Assembly: GCA_965544045.1 (NCBI GenBank)
Contig: CBEULT010000007.1
Location: 1-64,000, forward strand
Length of the DNA: 64,000 nucleotides
Direction of reading: 5' to 3'
DNA from: an uncultured Thermoactinomyces sp.
GTDB lineage: Bacteria; Bacillota; Bacilli; Thermoactinomycetales; Thermoactinomycetaceae
Of the stretch, positions 1 to 11,416 are shown piece by piece; position 1 is the first letter of the stretch; every line of letters begins with the position of its first letter. The translations under genes were made by a program, and so were the position numbers. The notes under the pieces are model-generated. The model was not told the origin of the DNA and made no database searches. It saw only the letters and a list, made by a program, of their open reading frames with translations.

Positions 1-20
1 TCAATCTGTAACTTCAATGA

Positions 21-206
21 TTGCATAATTGTCTGGACATATGGGGTTCATTAAGGACACTAAAGCCTGGCGACATTATTTTAACCGGAACTCCTGAAGG
101 TGTTATTATGGGGTATCCAGAAGACAACCGGAAATGGTTGGTTCCGGGGGATGAAATAAATATATCCATCAGTGGAATTGGCACTCTCAGCACATTTTTA
201 ACTTGA
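21..206 (+). CDS. Fumarylacetoacetate-hydrolase (FAH) family protein, C-terminal fragment (partial or remnant; in-frame TGA immediately upstream)
   Basis: Translation LKPGDIILTGTPEGV...LVPGDEI...ISGIGTL matches the conserved FAH-family C-terminal motifs. The frame is closed by a stop at 18-20, so it is truncated or at the window edge. Confidence 0.35.
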   Translation: MHNCLDIWGSLRTLKPGDIILTGTPEGVIMGYPEDNRKWLVPGDEINISISGIGTLSTFLT

Positions 207-596
207 TTACGTTTATTTTTTTTGTCACAGTGACTTCCGTGTTTTATCAAGGTTTCGGATATACCAGATATCATATTACAAACCCTGTTGGGAGTAGTAA
301 TCTCTACAGGGTTTTTGTATTTGTCTGTGAATTATAGTTTTATCTACCCTGCCATCATGGAAAGTCCTAAAATAAAATTACCTGGTTAAACTACTTGTCT
401 GTTTCTTGCTCAATTTCGTATACAATTGGATTAAGATGAGGAAAAGAGCACTATTAACAACAAACCCCCAAAATGTTGAATTTAATTTTGATAATGACTT
501 ATGTCATTGGTATTTCCTCCGGTATTTCTGAGTTGGAAAAAGTTGAAGCGATTCAGTTTTGTGTAAACAAACCTGTAAATGAAGAAGGTGATAATT

Positions 597-764
597 ATGC
601 AAACCAAGAAATTTTTAATTGGGTTTTTTACGGGATATATTGTTGCTATGTTGATTAGTTATTTTATCTTTGGTTACTTTTCTTGGTTATTCGCTATTAG
701 TTATTTAATAGGTGTAATTTTATCTGTATTTATAATAAATGTATTGAACCGGAAAACGAAATAG
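597..764 (+). CDS. Small hydrophobic membrane protein (hypothetical)
   Basis: 56-aa ORF with two predicted TM helices. GAAGAAGGTGA RBS-like sequence 5 nt before the second ATG. Confidence 0.25.
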   Translation: MQTKKFLIGFFTGYIVAMLISYFIFGYFSWLFAISYLIGVILSVFIINVLNRKTK

Positions 765-1185
765 ATTTATGTACTCTTATTCAACTATTGGGTAGCACTT
801 TTGAAAAACGATAAAACTAAAATTCTGCAAAAAAGGATATTTCCACTCTTTCCAATACAAGGGATGGACAATACGGCCGACCTTCTTATAAAACCAGATA
901 AACAAGATTCACTTGCTATTGAAAGAGCTTTTGAAATATTGGATGTCATCTGCATGGATAATGATCAGGTTTTCGAAGATAAATCAGGGTAAAAGTTTTT
1001 GTTTCCAAATCCAGACATTAGTGGATCCTCTCTTTCTCTTATGTCTCTTCACAGACACGCCTGCAATCACCTCCAATTGCAATGTCCATTCTTACCCATT
1101 CGGAAACGAAAATATAAAAAAGAGCTCCGCCATTTGAACTCACTATACGGCACCATAGAAGATCCGATACCGCTTCCGCCAAATT

Positions 1186-2334
1186 TTATTGCTTCTTGGG
1201 TGTATCCTGATGCAATCCGTATTTATCACTATTTCCTGTAGTCAGAAGTGAGTTTAATTGCTCCAGTAAATTGCCACCGCCCAGTAACGATACATTATCA
1301 ATTTTTTCACATATTTTCTCCAGGAATTCCATCTCTTTTAATCGATACAGTGTATGGTTTCCATCCATTAATTTTGCTGTATTCAAGAGGCTTCTGGCAG
1401 ATGCGGTCTCTTCCCGGCGGGTGATAATATTCGCCTGTGCCTTCTTCTCAGCAATCAAGACCGTATTCAATATTTCCTTAACATCCCCCGGCAAGATAAT
1501 ATCCTTCATCCCGGCAAAGATAAACTGCACACCAAAATCGTCGCTTTTTTCGTTTAACCGGTTTAAAACAAAAATACCGATTTCCTGCTTCATCTTCAAT
1601 AAATCATCTAATTTTAACGTACCTACATACTCTCGCAGGATCAGCTGAAGAAGAAAGTAAATCTGTTCCTCAAACGCTTTGATCTCCATCATTTTGAGCG
1701 GATCTGTGATTTTATACTGGCACACAAAATTCAGACGCAGTGTTACTTTGTCTGCCGTCATAATTTCTTGCCCGGTCATATCCAACTGCTGCTGTCTGGT
1801 ATCCACTGTTTTCACCTGTACGGATACTGGTCCTTTCCAGAAAAAATATTTCCCGGGAGGAAGCTCTCTTTGGATGATGTTATTGTAATAGAGTATTCCT
1901 CTTTCATAATTTGCAACTTCAAATACGGAATAGTATCCGGTGATTTGAGGACTTAAAAAAACAGATGGATCAATATCTGATTTTACTTCTGGATTACGAA
2001 TATCAATGGTAATAAAATCATGCTGTTTGAGTACGTTCCAAAAAGCATATTTGCCCGAAGTATAAAGATTGGTAAATTTTCCATCTTCAAAATGAAGAAC
2101 ATATTCATGGTCTTTTACATCAATAACAATCAAATCATTTAACAATTCTTGATCAAGTAGAAATAAGTTCAGATTTTTATGGAGTACCTCAAACGGTTCA
2201 TTGATATCTAATATTTGCACGTGGTAGCTTCCAAAAGGAGGATAAAAATACCCCCCTGGCCGAAGATATTTGATATAATTGCCGTTCTTAAAGAGGAGAC
2301 CCCTTTCATCGTTTTTTATCAGTACCCTCTTCAT
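1186..2334 (-). CDS. SPFH/band-7 (slipin/YdjI-like) domain protein
   Basis: 382-aa ORF. The C-terminal half has a stomatin/prohibitin-like SPFH signature followed by a coiled-coil region (…AEKKAQANIITRREETASARSLLNTAKLM…). Confidence 0.65.
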   Translation of the reverse strand: MKRVLIKNDERGLLFKNGNYIKYLRPGGYFYPPFGSYHVQILDINEPFEVLHKNLNLFLLDQELLNDLIVIDVKDHEYVLHFEDGKFTNLYTSGKYAFWNVLKQHDFITIDIRNPEVKSDIDPSVFLSPQITGYYSVFEVANYERGILYYNNIIQRELPPGKYFFWKGPVSVQVKTVDTRQQQLDMTGQEIMTADKVTLRLNFVCQYKITDPLKMMEIKAFEEQIYFLLQLILREYVGTLKLDDLLKMKQEIGIFVLNRLNEKSDDFGVQFIFAGMKDIILPGDVKEILNTVLIAEKKAQANIITRREETASARSLLNTAKLMDGNHTLYRLKEMEFLEKICEKIDNVSLLGGGNLLEQLNSLLTTGNSDKYGLHQDTPKKQ

Positions 2335-3046
2335 AAATTTGCTCCCCGCTCGCTGTGAAAATCTGATTAATCTTTCCCTTATCTGCTTTAATCCCCTCTT
2401 TCAAGAATCTTCCTGAGCAAGTTACGGAGTCTGACTTAAGGAAAAGATCCCTCAATGCTGGACAGAATGATTGAAATCATCTCAAAAACACATAAGATAA
2501 CCCGATCTTTTCAGTACAGATATGAATTGTCTTTCCCGGTATCCGTCATCCTTCTAGGCAACCCTTTCAGTGCAGAATTTACGAAGAATACCGCTGAGGA
2601 TTCAAAAAAGAGGTTTTTGAGAGGTGCTAATCTCCCGGTTAGCTGAGTGCTCTGCCATAGAACTAATCGTTTGAAAGGCGATTGAGGATTCGAACCTCAA
2701 TAAACATGTCGGGTAAGATGCCTTTTGCCGCAGCATACTTGATTCCTATTCAGAACAAGCACTGTTGGATCATGCAGAAATCCAAACAAATAAGCAAATA
2801 CCCATATCCATCATACCAGATTGTCATCCTATCAATTCCTGTAAAAGTTTCCTTTAAAATAGAATACCTGCCATTCCTTTAAAAAAGATTTGTTAAATAG
2901 ACATCAATGAAATTATTTTTATAGTCGATTTACCATCTCTCTATTGCAGGAATTCAATATGGTTACAATGAATATAAAATCTATGATTCATATTATAATA
3001 AATATTTCTAAAATAAAATCATCCCTTAACTGGAGGGGATTTATCT

Positions 3047-4618
3047 ATGACAGTTCATTCTCCGTTAACGGTAAAAGATATTCTCCTCAGAAAACATTTT
3101 GATAAGGCTGAAGTTATTGCAGGAATTGATGGTTTAAATAGAACGGTTAAGTGGGTTCATGTTGTTGAAATATTAAAAATTAAAAATCTATTAAAAGGAA
3201 ATGAACTGATCTTATCCACTGGAGTCGGATGGACACATAACCATGACCTGCTGTCATTTATTGAAGAGCTAATCGATTCCAATGCATCCGGTTTATGCAT
3301 CGAAATAGGAATTTATACATCTTCTATTCCTCAAGAGGCTATAAATCTCGCTAACAAACATCATTTCCCTATTATCATATTTCATGAAGAAGTTCCCTTT
3401 GTGGAAATCACACAAGATATTCACTCTTTTATAACCAATCAGCAATATCAAATCATTTCTAATTTAGAAAGTTATTCACAACAATTAAATAAAGATATTT
3501 TAACAGTAAGCAGCTATAAGCAAATATTAATAATGATGCAAAATTATTTGGGTGTTCAAGTGATTTTTCAATTTTATAAAAAGGATCCGGAATTCTATCC
3601 CAATGTTAGTTCAAAGAAAAAAGAACAATTGTTAAAAAATATAGCAAAAGAAAATTCCAAACATATAAGAAGGCAATCCATTCAAATGTTTGGAAATCAA
3701 TATGCGGAGATTATAATATGTTCAATGGAACGTACAATATCTGAATTTGACCTGCTGATTCTGGATCGAACAGTTACCGCATTAACACAATATTTATTAA
3801 GAGATTTATATATTGAAGAAAAAAGAAAAGTGGAAGAATCAAAATGGCTGGAGAATTGGCTGGAAGGAAGACACACAGCAGAAACCATTCTTCATTTCAT
3901 AAAGTACCATGATGCAGAATATACGCCCAGTGGCGGAACGGTTCTCGTTATTTCCTATCGATCGAAAAAAATAAAAGAACAACTGGATTTAACTTATTTT
4001 AAACTTCTATGCCGGACAATCTTTGAACAGCAAGGCTTTTTGGTTTTCGTGACCGAGAAAAAAGACTACTTAATTTTTATATTAGTTAACAAACAATCTA
4101 ATTCAAACTGGAAACCCAGAATAGAAACAGGAATCAACCGTCTTAAACAGTCCAAATTCCTGCAAAAAGAAAAGAATCTAGATCTTGTATTCGGAGTCGG
4201 GAAATTTGTAAATGAACTGAATCAGATATCAAAAAGTTATCAAACCGCGCGTGAAACCAGCTATATTCAACATAAATCCAAATCAATCTCTTGTTTTTGT
4301 GAGGACATTCGCTTGTTATGGTTAATTATGCATCTGCAAAAACGTACAAACTTGGAAGAAATCATCTATGAAATTATCGGTCCGATCATTGAACATGATA
4401 AAAAGTATAATGGAAAATTACTGGAAACCCTGAAAGAATATTTAGCCTCAAATTGTTCAAAACAAGAAACTGCAAACAAACTATTTGTTGTACGCCAAAC
4501 CCTCTATCATCGTTTAGAAAAAATTGAATGTCTTATAGGCAAAGATTTTATGAAGCCTGAAAAGAGGCTGACGATTGAGTTCATGATACGGACTTATGAA
4601 TTTCTATTTCAAAAGTGA
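3047..4618 (+). CDS. PucR-family transcriptional regulator (purine-catabolism-regulator-like, C-terminal HTH)
   Basis: 523 aa with GGGGAT RBS. C-terminal PucR-type HTH (…QETANKLFVVRQTLYHRLEKIE…). Divergent from the catabolic operon. Confidence 0.7.
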   Translation: MTVHSPLTVKDILLRKHFDKAEVIAGIDGLNRTVKWVHVVEILKIKNLLKGNELILSTGVGWTHNHDLLSFIEELIDSNASGLCIEIGIYTSSIPQEAINLANKHHFPIIIFHEEVPFVEITQDIHSFITNQQYQIISNLESYSQQLNKDILTVSSYKQILIMMQNYLGVQVIFQFYKKDPEFYPNVSSKKKEQLLKNIAKENSKHIRRQSIQMFGNQYAEIIICSMERTISEFDLLILDRTVTALTQYLLRDLYIEEKRKVEESKWLENWLEGRHTAETILHFIKYHDAEYTPSGGTVLVISYRSKKIKEQLDLTYFKLLCRTIFEQQGFLVFVTEKKDYLIFILVNKQSNSNWKPRIETGINRLKQSKFLQKEKNLDLVFGVGKFVNELNQISKSYQTARETSYIQHKSKSISCFCEDIRLLWLIMHLQKRTNLEEIIYEIIGPIIEHDKKYNGKLLETLKEYLASNCSKQETANKLFVVRQTLYHRLEKIECLIGKDFMKPEKRLTIEFMIRTYEFLFQK

Positions 4619-4859
4619 GTAATAAATATTCTTAATTAAACCAATAACCTATACTGGCACACTTCCATATCTCACCGGATTAAGTTTCATATGTTTCTTA
4701 ATACACCGAACTGCTTTTTTCCATAGAAGGCCTCTGTAGATTTCTGACATACACCCCATTCATGTTTGCATCAGCCAGGTTTTCCACTGTAAATATCTTA
4801 TTAAATTATAATATGTTTGGAACCTCAGCTGTTTTTGTCATGCTCTTTTTCCTTCACTT

Positions 4860-6272
4860 TTATATTTTTTCTCCCATTTCCCTGTTGGTTAACATTGTTT
4901 CTTCATTGTCCATGACATTTGTTTTCTTTTTTTGTTTGAATATATAAGAAAGAATAACAATAATCGTAAGAACACCCGTAAATAAGATTTGCGTTCTCAT
5001 CGATTCAATAAAAAACATTGCGATTAACAAGGCGGAAATAGCAAAGATGGTAAAGTAAGTTAAATAAGGAAACAACCACATTTTAATCTCAAGTGCATCA
5101 GGCTTCTCCTTTTCTATTTTCTTTCGCATTCGTAATTGTGACAAAGCGATTGTTAAATATAAAATCAATGTAATCGCACTACAGGAATTGACCAGGAACA
5201 TAAACACTTTATCCGGAGAAATATAATTCATGATAACTGCAAGATAAGAGAAAACAGTTCCTGCCAAAATCGCTTGAACAGGAGCACCCTTTTTGTTTAC
5301 TTTTAAGAAACGCTTTGGTGCTTCTCCTTTTTCTGCAAGGGAATACAGCATACGTGATGTGGCATACAAGGCAGAATTAAGGCAAGATAATACAGCGGTT
5401 AAAACGACAAAATTCATAATTTGAGCAGCAGCAGGGATCCCGATATAATCAAGCACAGCAACATACGGACTTTCTAAAACATCAGAAGAGTTCCAAGGTA
5501 AAAGTGTAACCACCACTGCAATAGAACCCACATAAAAAACGAAAATGCGCCATGTAACGGAATTGGTGGCTTGTGTAACAGCCTTCTTCGGTTCAGCCGA
5601 TTCTCCGGCTGCAATCGCCACAATCTCTGTTCCCATAAAAGAAAAAATGACGATGACAACACCCATTAATACTGCCCCAAATCCATTTGGCATAAATCCA
5701 CCTTGCCCGACCAAATTTGTAAAACCGACAGGATCAAAGTTGGGTGTAATTCCAAAAATAATGGCAATGCCAATCACTAAAAACAAAATGATACTGACCA
5801 CTTTTATCAAGGAAAACCAATATTCAAATTCACCAAATGATTTAACCGATATAATATTGGTTAATGTCAATAAAACGGTTAATATTAAACTCATCAGCCA
5901 TACCGGAATTCCACTGTACCAATATTGAATAATGGCAGCTCCGGCTGTTGCTTCAAGGGCCACCGCGATCACCCAAAAGAACCAATACAGCCATCCGATC
6001 ATAAATCCGGCCCAAGGTCCGATTGCCTCGTACGCATAATATGCAAAAGATCCACTCGTTGGCTTCACAGCCGACATTTCTCCCAACATCCGCATAATTA
6101 AAATAACCAACATTCCCGCAAATGCATAAGAAAGTATCGAACCCGGCCCGGTAGTGTGTATCACAACACCACTTCCCACAAACAATCCGGCACCGATGAC
6201 ACCCGCAATGGCAATCATCGTCATATGACGCCTTTTCAACCCTTTTTGCAATTGGTTATCAGATGTTTTCAT
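4860..6272 (-). CDS. APC-family amino-acid permease (GabP/beta-alanine-type)
   Basis: 470 aa, about 12 TM segments, APC permease N-terminal signature (…GVIGAGLFVGSG…). Confidence 0.8.
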   Translation of the reverse strand: MKTSDNQLQKGLKRRHMTMIAIAGVIGAGLFVGSGVVIHTTGPGSILSYAFAGMLVILIMRMLGEMSAVKPTSGSFAYYAYEAIGPWAGFMIGWLYWFFWVIAVALEATAGAAIIQYWYSGIPVWLMSLILTVLLTLTNIISVKSFGEFEYWFSLIKVVSIILFLVIGIAIIFGITPNFDPVGFTNLVGQGGFMPNGFGAVLMGVVIVIFSFMGTEIVAIAAGESAEPKKAVTQATNSVTWRIFVFYVGSIAVVVTLLPWNSSDVLESPYVAVLDYIGIPAAAQIMNFVVLTAVLSCLNSALYATSRMLYSLAEKGEAPKRFLKVNKKGAPVQAILAGTVFSYLAVIMNYISPDKVFMFLVNSCSAITLILYLTIALSQLRMRKKIEKEKPDALEIKMWLFPYLTYFTIFAISALLIAMFFIESMRTQILFTGVLTIIVILSYIFKQKKKTNVMDNEETMLTNREMGEKI

Positions 6273-6536
6273 GGATCAGCTTCCTTTCATAACGGATTCC
6301 ATCCAATGGATTAACCTGTTATTTAACGCTCGACAAAGTAAGCACATAACTATTCAAATAGTATTAATTTTTAGATCATTTTAACCAAAATGATTCATAC
6401 CCTTTGAAATCTCTTTGCCATTTGGGGAAATTTGAGAAATATAGCCGAGGACTAATGTTAAGCATCACTTTACATTAGTCCATTTGGAATTTTTAATTCA
6501 GTAGTCTCTTTTTAAAATAATCAAGAAAAGACCAAT

Positions 6537-7898
6537 TTATTTTAATAAACTTATTGCTTCATAAAGTGTTTGAATCATAAATGAAATATCTTCTTCCGGA
6601 ATATTCAGTGGCGGTGAAAGAGTTAAAACATTATTGTATCCGGCAACGGTTGCTCCATTTTTCCCAATAATCAAGCCTTTTTGCCTACAAGTTTCAATTA
6701 CCTTGTTAACACGCTGTACATCTAATGGTTCCTTTGTCTTCTTGTCTTTTACCAGCTCAATTCCTATTAATAATCCCTTCCCCCTCACATCCCCAACATA
6801 CGGATGATTTTGCAGCATATTTTGCAATTGATAAATCACATGATTGCCCATATCTCGGGAACGATCAAATAAATTTTCTCTTTCCATAATTTCCAAATTT
6901 TTCAAAGCAACTGCACAAGCCGCCGTTGAACCACCGAAGGTATTGACATGACGGAAATATTCATATTGTTCCGTTCCTTTAAAAGCTTCATAGATTTCCC
7001 TTCGAACAGCAGTCGCTGATAACGGAAGATACGCACTTGTCATTCCTTTGGCCATTGTAATGATATCCGGCTTGACTCCGTAATTCATGAATCCAAAAGG
7101 TTTTCCTGTTCGTCCAAATCCACAAATGACTTCATCTACAATGAGAAGTGCACCATGTTGCTCACAAACTTCTTTGATCCCTTTCATGTATCCAACCGGA
7201 GGAATTAATACTCCGCCACCTGTGATAATCGGTTCCATAATCATTCCTGCAATTGTTTCACTTAGTTCCCAGGTCATAACTCGATCGACTTCTTTTACAG
7301 TTTCCAATTCCAGCGGGTTTAATTGATGATCTTCATTGCAACGGTAAGAATCCGGCGGGGTAACATGGATGAAACCCGGTGCAAGTGGTTCATATTTATA
7401 TTTTCTCTCAGCTTGACCAGTCGCTGCCAACGATCCCATGGAATTTCCATGGTAAGCCCGGTATCTTGAAATAAATTTATATCGCGAATGTTCTCCTCTT
7501 TGTTGGTGATATTGCCTTACAATCTTAAAGGCGGTTTCATTGGCCTCTGATCCACTATTGGAAAAAAAGATTACATATTCATCTCCAAGTAATTCATTTA
7601 ATTTCTCTCCAAGTTTAATAGCCGGAAGGTGACTCTGAGATAATGGAAAATAAGCATTTTCCATTAATTGTTTATAGGCGGCTTCTGCCATTTCTTCACG
7701 TCCATATCCAACATTGACGCACCACAAACCGGCCATGGCATCCAAAAACTTGTTTCCGTCCATATCCGTTACCCATGAACCCTCCGATTTTGCCACGACT
7801 AAAGTGGTTGCCGGGTTATAGGGTTTCATCGAATGCCAAATATATTTTTCATCTTTTGAAAGAATCTCTTTGTTTTGATCGATTTGAGCCATTTGCAT
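6537..7898 (-). CDS. Class-III (omega) aminotransferase, beta-alanine/GABA--pyruvate transaminase type
   Basis: 453 aa. PLP fold-type I class III motifs (…FISRYRAYHG…, lysine region …ITMAKGMTSAYLPL…). Confidence 0.8.
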   Translation of the reverse strand: MQMAQIDQNKEILSKDEKYIWHSMKPYNPATTLVVAKSEGSWVTDMDGNKFLDAMAGLWCVNVGYGREEMAEAAYKQLMENAYFPLSQSHLPAIKLGEKLNELLGDEYVIFFSNSGSEANETAFKIVRQYHQQRGEHSRYKFISRYRAYHGNSMGSLAATGQAERKYKYEPLAPGFIHVTPPDSYRCNEDHQLNPLELETVKEVDRVMTWELSETIAGMIMEPIITGGGVLIPPVGYMKGIKEVCEQHGALLIVDEVICGFGRTGKPFGFMNYGVKPDIITMAKGMTSAYLPLSATAVRREIYEAFKGTEQYEYFRHVNTFGGSTAACAVALKNLEIMERENLFDRSRDMGNHVIYQLQNMLQNHPYVGDVRGKGLLIGIELVKDKKTKEPLDVQRVNKVIETCRQKGLIIGKNGATVAGYNNVLTLSPPLNIPEEDISFMIQTLYEAISLLK

Positions 7899-7962
7899 TC
7901 ACTCCTTTGGTTATCATTTTTTTATAATGAAACGAGTGAAAAATCGATCAGTTACAAAAATT

Positions 7963-9435
7963 TTAATCAGATCTATCAAATCTTGATGTGATCATTTTCT
8001 TTCTTGTATAGAAATTCACCCCGTCTTTTCCGTTTACATGCAAATCTCCATAAAAACTATCTTTCCAGCCCGAAAACGGAAAGAATGCCATTGTTGCAGG
8101 AACCCCTACATTAATGCCCAACATTCCGGCCTCTGCCTCCTCACGGAATCTCCGCACCGCCCCTAGATCTTTTGTGTATATTGTGGCTCCATTTCCGAAT
8201 CTTGATCCCCTGATATATTCCAATGCCTCATCGAGATCACTTGCCCTTAGCAAACTTAAAACCGGCGCAAATATTTCTTCTTTTGCAATCGTCATATCCG
8301 GAGAAACATGGTCAAAAATCGTGGGTCCAAGGAAATTTCCTTCATCAAATAGATCCATATCTTTACGGCCGTCACGGATTAATTCAGCACCTTCCTTAAT
8401 TCCCTTTTCAATATAACCCAATACTTTTTCTCTGTGAGATTGTCGAATAACAGGAGTGAGGAACACCCCTTCATCCATTCCATTTCCAATAATCAATTGA
8501 TCCACTTGTTCTTTTAAGGATTTTACAAATTCATGATTATTTCCAACCACTACCACTGCACTACAGGCCATGCAACGTTGTCCCGCACTTCCAAAAGCAG
8601 AACTGGTAATCTGGTTGACAGCTTTTTTCATATCCGCATCAGGCATCACCACATGATGGTTTTTAGCACCCGATAAAGCTTGAACTCTCTTTCCTCTTGC
8701 AGCTGCTTGTTTGTAAACGTATTTGGCGACAGGCTGTGATCCTACAAAAGAAATTGCTTTTACATCCGGATTTTCGATTAAGCCATTCACCACATCATGA
8801 GCTCCATGGACAATATTTAATACTCCATCGGGAGCGCCAGCCTCTGTAAATAATTCAGCCAACCTGTTGGCAAGAAGAGGTGTTCGTTCAGATGGCTTTA
8901 ATACGAATGTATTTCCGCATGCAGTGGCAAGAGGGAACATCCATAAAGGAACCATCATCGGAAAATTGAATGGTGTGATCCCGCCAATTACTCCAAGTGG
9001 ATAACGGACCATTTCAGAATCTATTTCATTGGCAATTCCAGAAAGTGATTCTCCCATCATCAAGGTAGGTGCACCCGAAGCAAATTCTACACATTCTATT
9101 CCGCGTTGTACTTCCCCATAAGCTTCTTTGTAAGTCTTTCCGTTTTCTTGAACAATCAATTTTGCCAACTCTTCCTGTTGCTCTGATAGTAATGAATGAT
9201 ATTTGAAGAGAATTCTTGCCCGTTTTGGCACAGGGGTTTTTTTCCACGTTTTAAATGCTTCCTTTGCCACATTTACAGCCATTTCAACATCTTCCTTTGG
9301 AGAAATGGGGACTTTTGCCAGTGTTTTATTTGTCGCCGGATTGATTACTTCCAATGTTTCATCCGTATTTGCTTCCACCCATTTACCATTAATAAAGTTT
9401 TTTAGAATATTTGCTTTATTCCTAATATTCGACAT
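7963..9435 (-). CDS. mmsA: CoA-acylating methylmalonate/malonate-semialdehyde dehydrogenase
   Basis: 490 aa. Strong match to the MmsA/IolA family (…NGKWVEA…VINPAT…, catalytic Cys region …GSAGQRCMA…). Confidence 0.85.
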   Translation of the reverse strand: MSNIRNKANILKNFINGKWVEANTDETLEVINPATNKTLAKVPISPKEDVEMAVNVAKEAFKTWKKTPVPKRARILFKYHSLLSEQQEELAKLIVQENGKTYKEAYGEVQRGIECVEFASGAPTLMMGESLSGIANEIDSEMVRYPLGVIGGITPFNFPMMVPLWMFPLATACGNTFVLKPSERTPLLANRLAELFTEAGAPDGVLNIVHGAHDVVNGLIENPDVKAISFVGSQPVAKYVYKQAAARGKRVQALSGAKNHHVVMPDADMKKAVNQITSSAFGSAGQRCMACSAVVVVGNNHEFVKSLKEQVDQLIIGNGMDEGVFLTPVIRQSHREKVLGYIEKGIKEGAELIRDGRKDMDLFDEGNFLGPTIFDHVSPDMTIAKEEIFAPVLSLLRASDLDEALEYIRGSRFGNGATIYTKDLGAVRRFREEAEAGMLGINVGVPATMAFFPFSGWKDSFYGDLHVNGKDGVNFYTRKKMITSRFDRSD

Positions 9436-9699
9436 TCAAATCCTCCTGTTCGTTTATTAAATCATTTCTTTATATAAATTATGTCTGATTATTAAAGGGT
9501 TTTCACTAGACAAAATGTAACATTAGATAATTATGACCGTTAACAAAGTGACTACTCTATAAATATTCCGCCGATGACGAAGGATAAACTTCATATCGGT
9601 TCATGAAAAACAATATCCTTTCAAGTCAACTCGCAGAACGCAAAACAGCAGGTAATCCTCCAACAAAAAAGACCCCACCATTGTGAAGTCTTTCGTGTT

Positions 9700-9762
9700 T
9701 GGCGGAGAGGGTGGGATTCGAACCCCACGGTACGGGGAATGCCCGCACAACGGTTTTCGAGT
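9700..9762 (-). repeat. Partial copy (3' ~60 nt: acceptor/T-arm through anticodon stem) of tRNA-Ser(CGA); candidate distal att repeat of an integrated element
   Basis: tggcggagagggtgggattcgaacccc-acggtacggggaatgcccgcacaacggttttcgag matches 12337-12398 with 2 differences, in the same orientation. Identity is lost after the anticodon-loop position. Confidence 0.6.
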
Positions 9763-9893
9763 GTTAGACAAGTGCTTTTTTGGTGTATTTTCCTTTCTAG
9801 TATGTCCGAAAAATCTTAGGGAATGCTTATTTTATTTAAAGGGTTACCCACACATATTTAAGGTGCGTTTGCAAAATGTTTGCAACCGTGCCT

Positions 9894-10463
9894 TTATTGA
9901 TTTTTCATTATTAACCGTAAAATTTTCCCTGTCGATGGAAATGCCAGCTTGTTCCAAGGAATTTCATCAAAATAGAAAAACCGTCCTTTTTTGCTTTCAA
10001 TGTTGACGGTAACTTTTTCATGATTAGCGATTGCCTCATAGGTTAATTGGATTAGACCATCTTCTGGAGAAGAAAATGTATCAATTATCTCATGCACTTC
10101 AATAGAAGGTCCCGTTTCTTCTTTTACTTCACTCTTTATAGTTTCAAAAAGATCTTGTCCACGTTCAACGTGTCCTCCTGAAAACGCCCACAATCCTTTC
10201 CCTGGTTCTTCGTTTCGTTGAAGCAATAGTACTTTGTTTCTCTGTTTATTTAGTACAACTGCTACAACTACCAGTTTTGGATCTAAGTAAAAGACAAATT
10301 GACAATGATGACAAAGCAGTTGAGGTTGGTTAGGAATATGTAAATCTTCTAATGAAAAATGGTGACCGCATCGAGGACAAAATTTTAAGTCCTCTTTCTT
10401 ATATTTCCATTGATATTTGAAATATAGTTCTTTATTCATTGTTAAATCAAATCTCCTTAACAA
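9894..10463 (-). CDS. NUDIX hydrolase with N-terminal zinc ribbon (NudC-like)
   Basis: 189 aa. Zinc ribbon CxxC…CxxC at the N-terminus, then a Nudix box (G-x5-E-x7-REvxEEtG: …GGHVERGQDLFETIKSEVKEETG…). Confidence 0.7.
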   Translation of the reverse strand: MLRRFDLTMNKELYFKYQWKYKKEDLKFCPRCGHHFSLEDLHIPNQPQLLCHHCQFVFYLDPKLVVVAVVLNKQRNKVLLLQRNEEPGKGLWAFSGGHVERGQDLFETIKSEVKEETGPSIEVHEIIDTFSSPEDGLIQLTYEAIANHEKVTVNIESKKGRFFYFDEIPWNKLAFPSTGKILRLIMKNQ

Positions 10464-10603
10464 TCCGTTAGAAATCAGTTAGAAGTTTTGTTAGAAGAAT
10501 CATTAAAAAGGCCGAGTATTATGTCCCGGCCTTAGCTGTTTGGTTGGCTCATTTTATATATTAAACTTTTGTTTTATTATAAACCACTAAAACAAGGTTA
10601 AAG

Positions 10604-11312
10604 TTAAAGGTCGCCTTTTGCCCTGTACAACTTTATTCGCTTTATTTCACTATTAACCAGATTGCGGTTTTCTCTGGACAGAAACCAAACAACTGGATTC
10701 CACTTACCCTCATTTGCATAGTAATTAGTAATCTCTATGCCATGTGGTTCTAGGACTTTAGCGAATGTAAGAAAGGTTCGTAGCTGATGAAATGGAGAAG
10801 TTACAAGGATGATACGAGACAAATTGTTTTTTTTTGAGCAAATCTAGTACATATTCAGCATTTTCACGTGTATGTAGTGATTCGTTTTCAATGAGAATAT
10901 TTCCTGGTGGAACATTCATAGTCAAAGCTTTGTCGCGCATGTATTCGGCACCAAGACTCATATCCCATTTTTCAGATGCATTTGCAATATCTTTTTCTTG
11001 AATCCGCCCATTCCTTGCTGCTTCTTCGATTTCTTTCAGTGGAATAAGTTGAGGCTTATGTGAGTCAACTTTAGCACTAAATCTACCACTACAAATGATA
11101 TAGGGCGCCCAGCCTTCACGGTATAAATGAACAGCAGTTTGTACCTTGCTATTCAAAAATTTAACGTTCCCTCGCGTGCCTGCAAGTACAACAATCGCAT
11201 CGGATTTTCGTAAACAATCCCTTAAAGCGAACTGTTTTCCTTTTGTGTATAAAAACAACCAGAATGCGAGCAACAATATGATAGGACTAACAATAAGAAA
11301 TAAGGTTTTCAT
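10604..11312 (-). pseudogene. DUF218 (YdcF/SanA-like) protein, reading frame broken in an A9/T9 homopolymer
   Basis: The N-terminal ORF 10758..11312 (…AIVVLAGTRGN…) and C-terminal ORF 10604..10822 (…IILVTSPFHQLR…, the DUF218 VTSxxH motif) overlap. A 9-T run at 10827-10835 lies at the junction. Confidence 0.6.
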
Positions 11313-11416
11313 TCTACTCCTCCAAAAGTATGTTGCCTAGATTAGCAACATACCGTTCGTATTTCCACTGGGATTTTAGCAATTCATTGTGTAATACTCT
11401 AACCCTACTAATGGTC

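Noticed and set aside
2688-2760. tRNA-like T-arm motif (GAGGTTCGAATCCTC on the minus strand) upstream of the SPFH gene
   Set aside because: Only ~50 nt can be folded. There is no D-arm or anticodon arm and no CCA/acceptor complementarity, so it is not a tRNA gene. At most it is a degenerate fragment.
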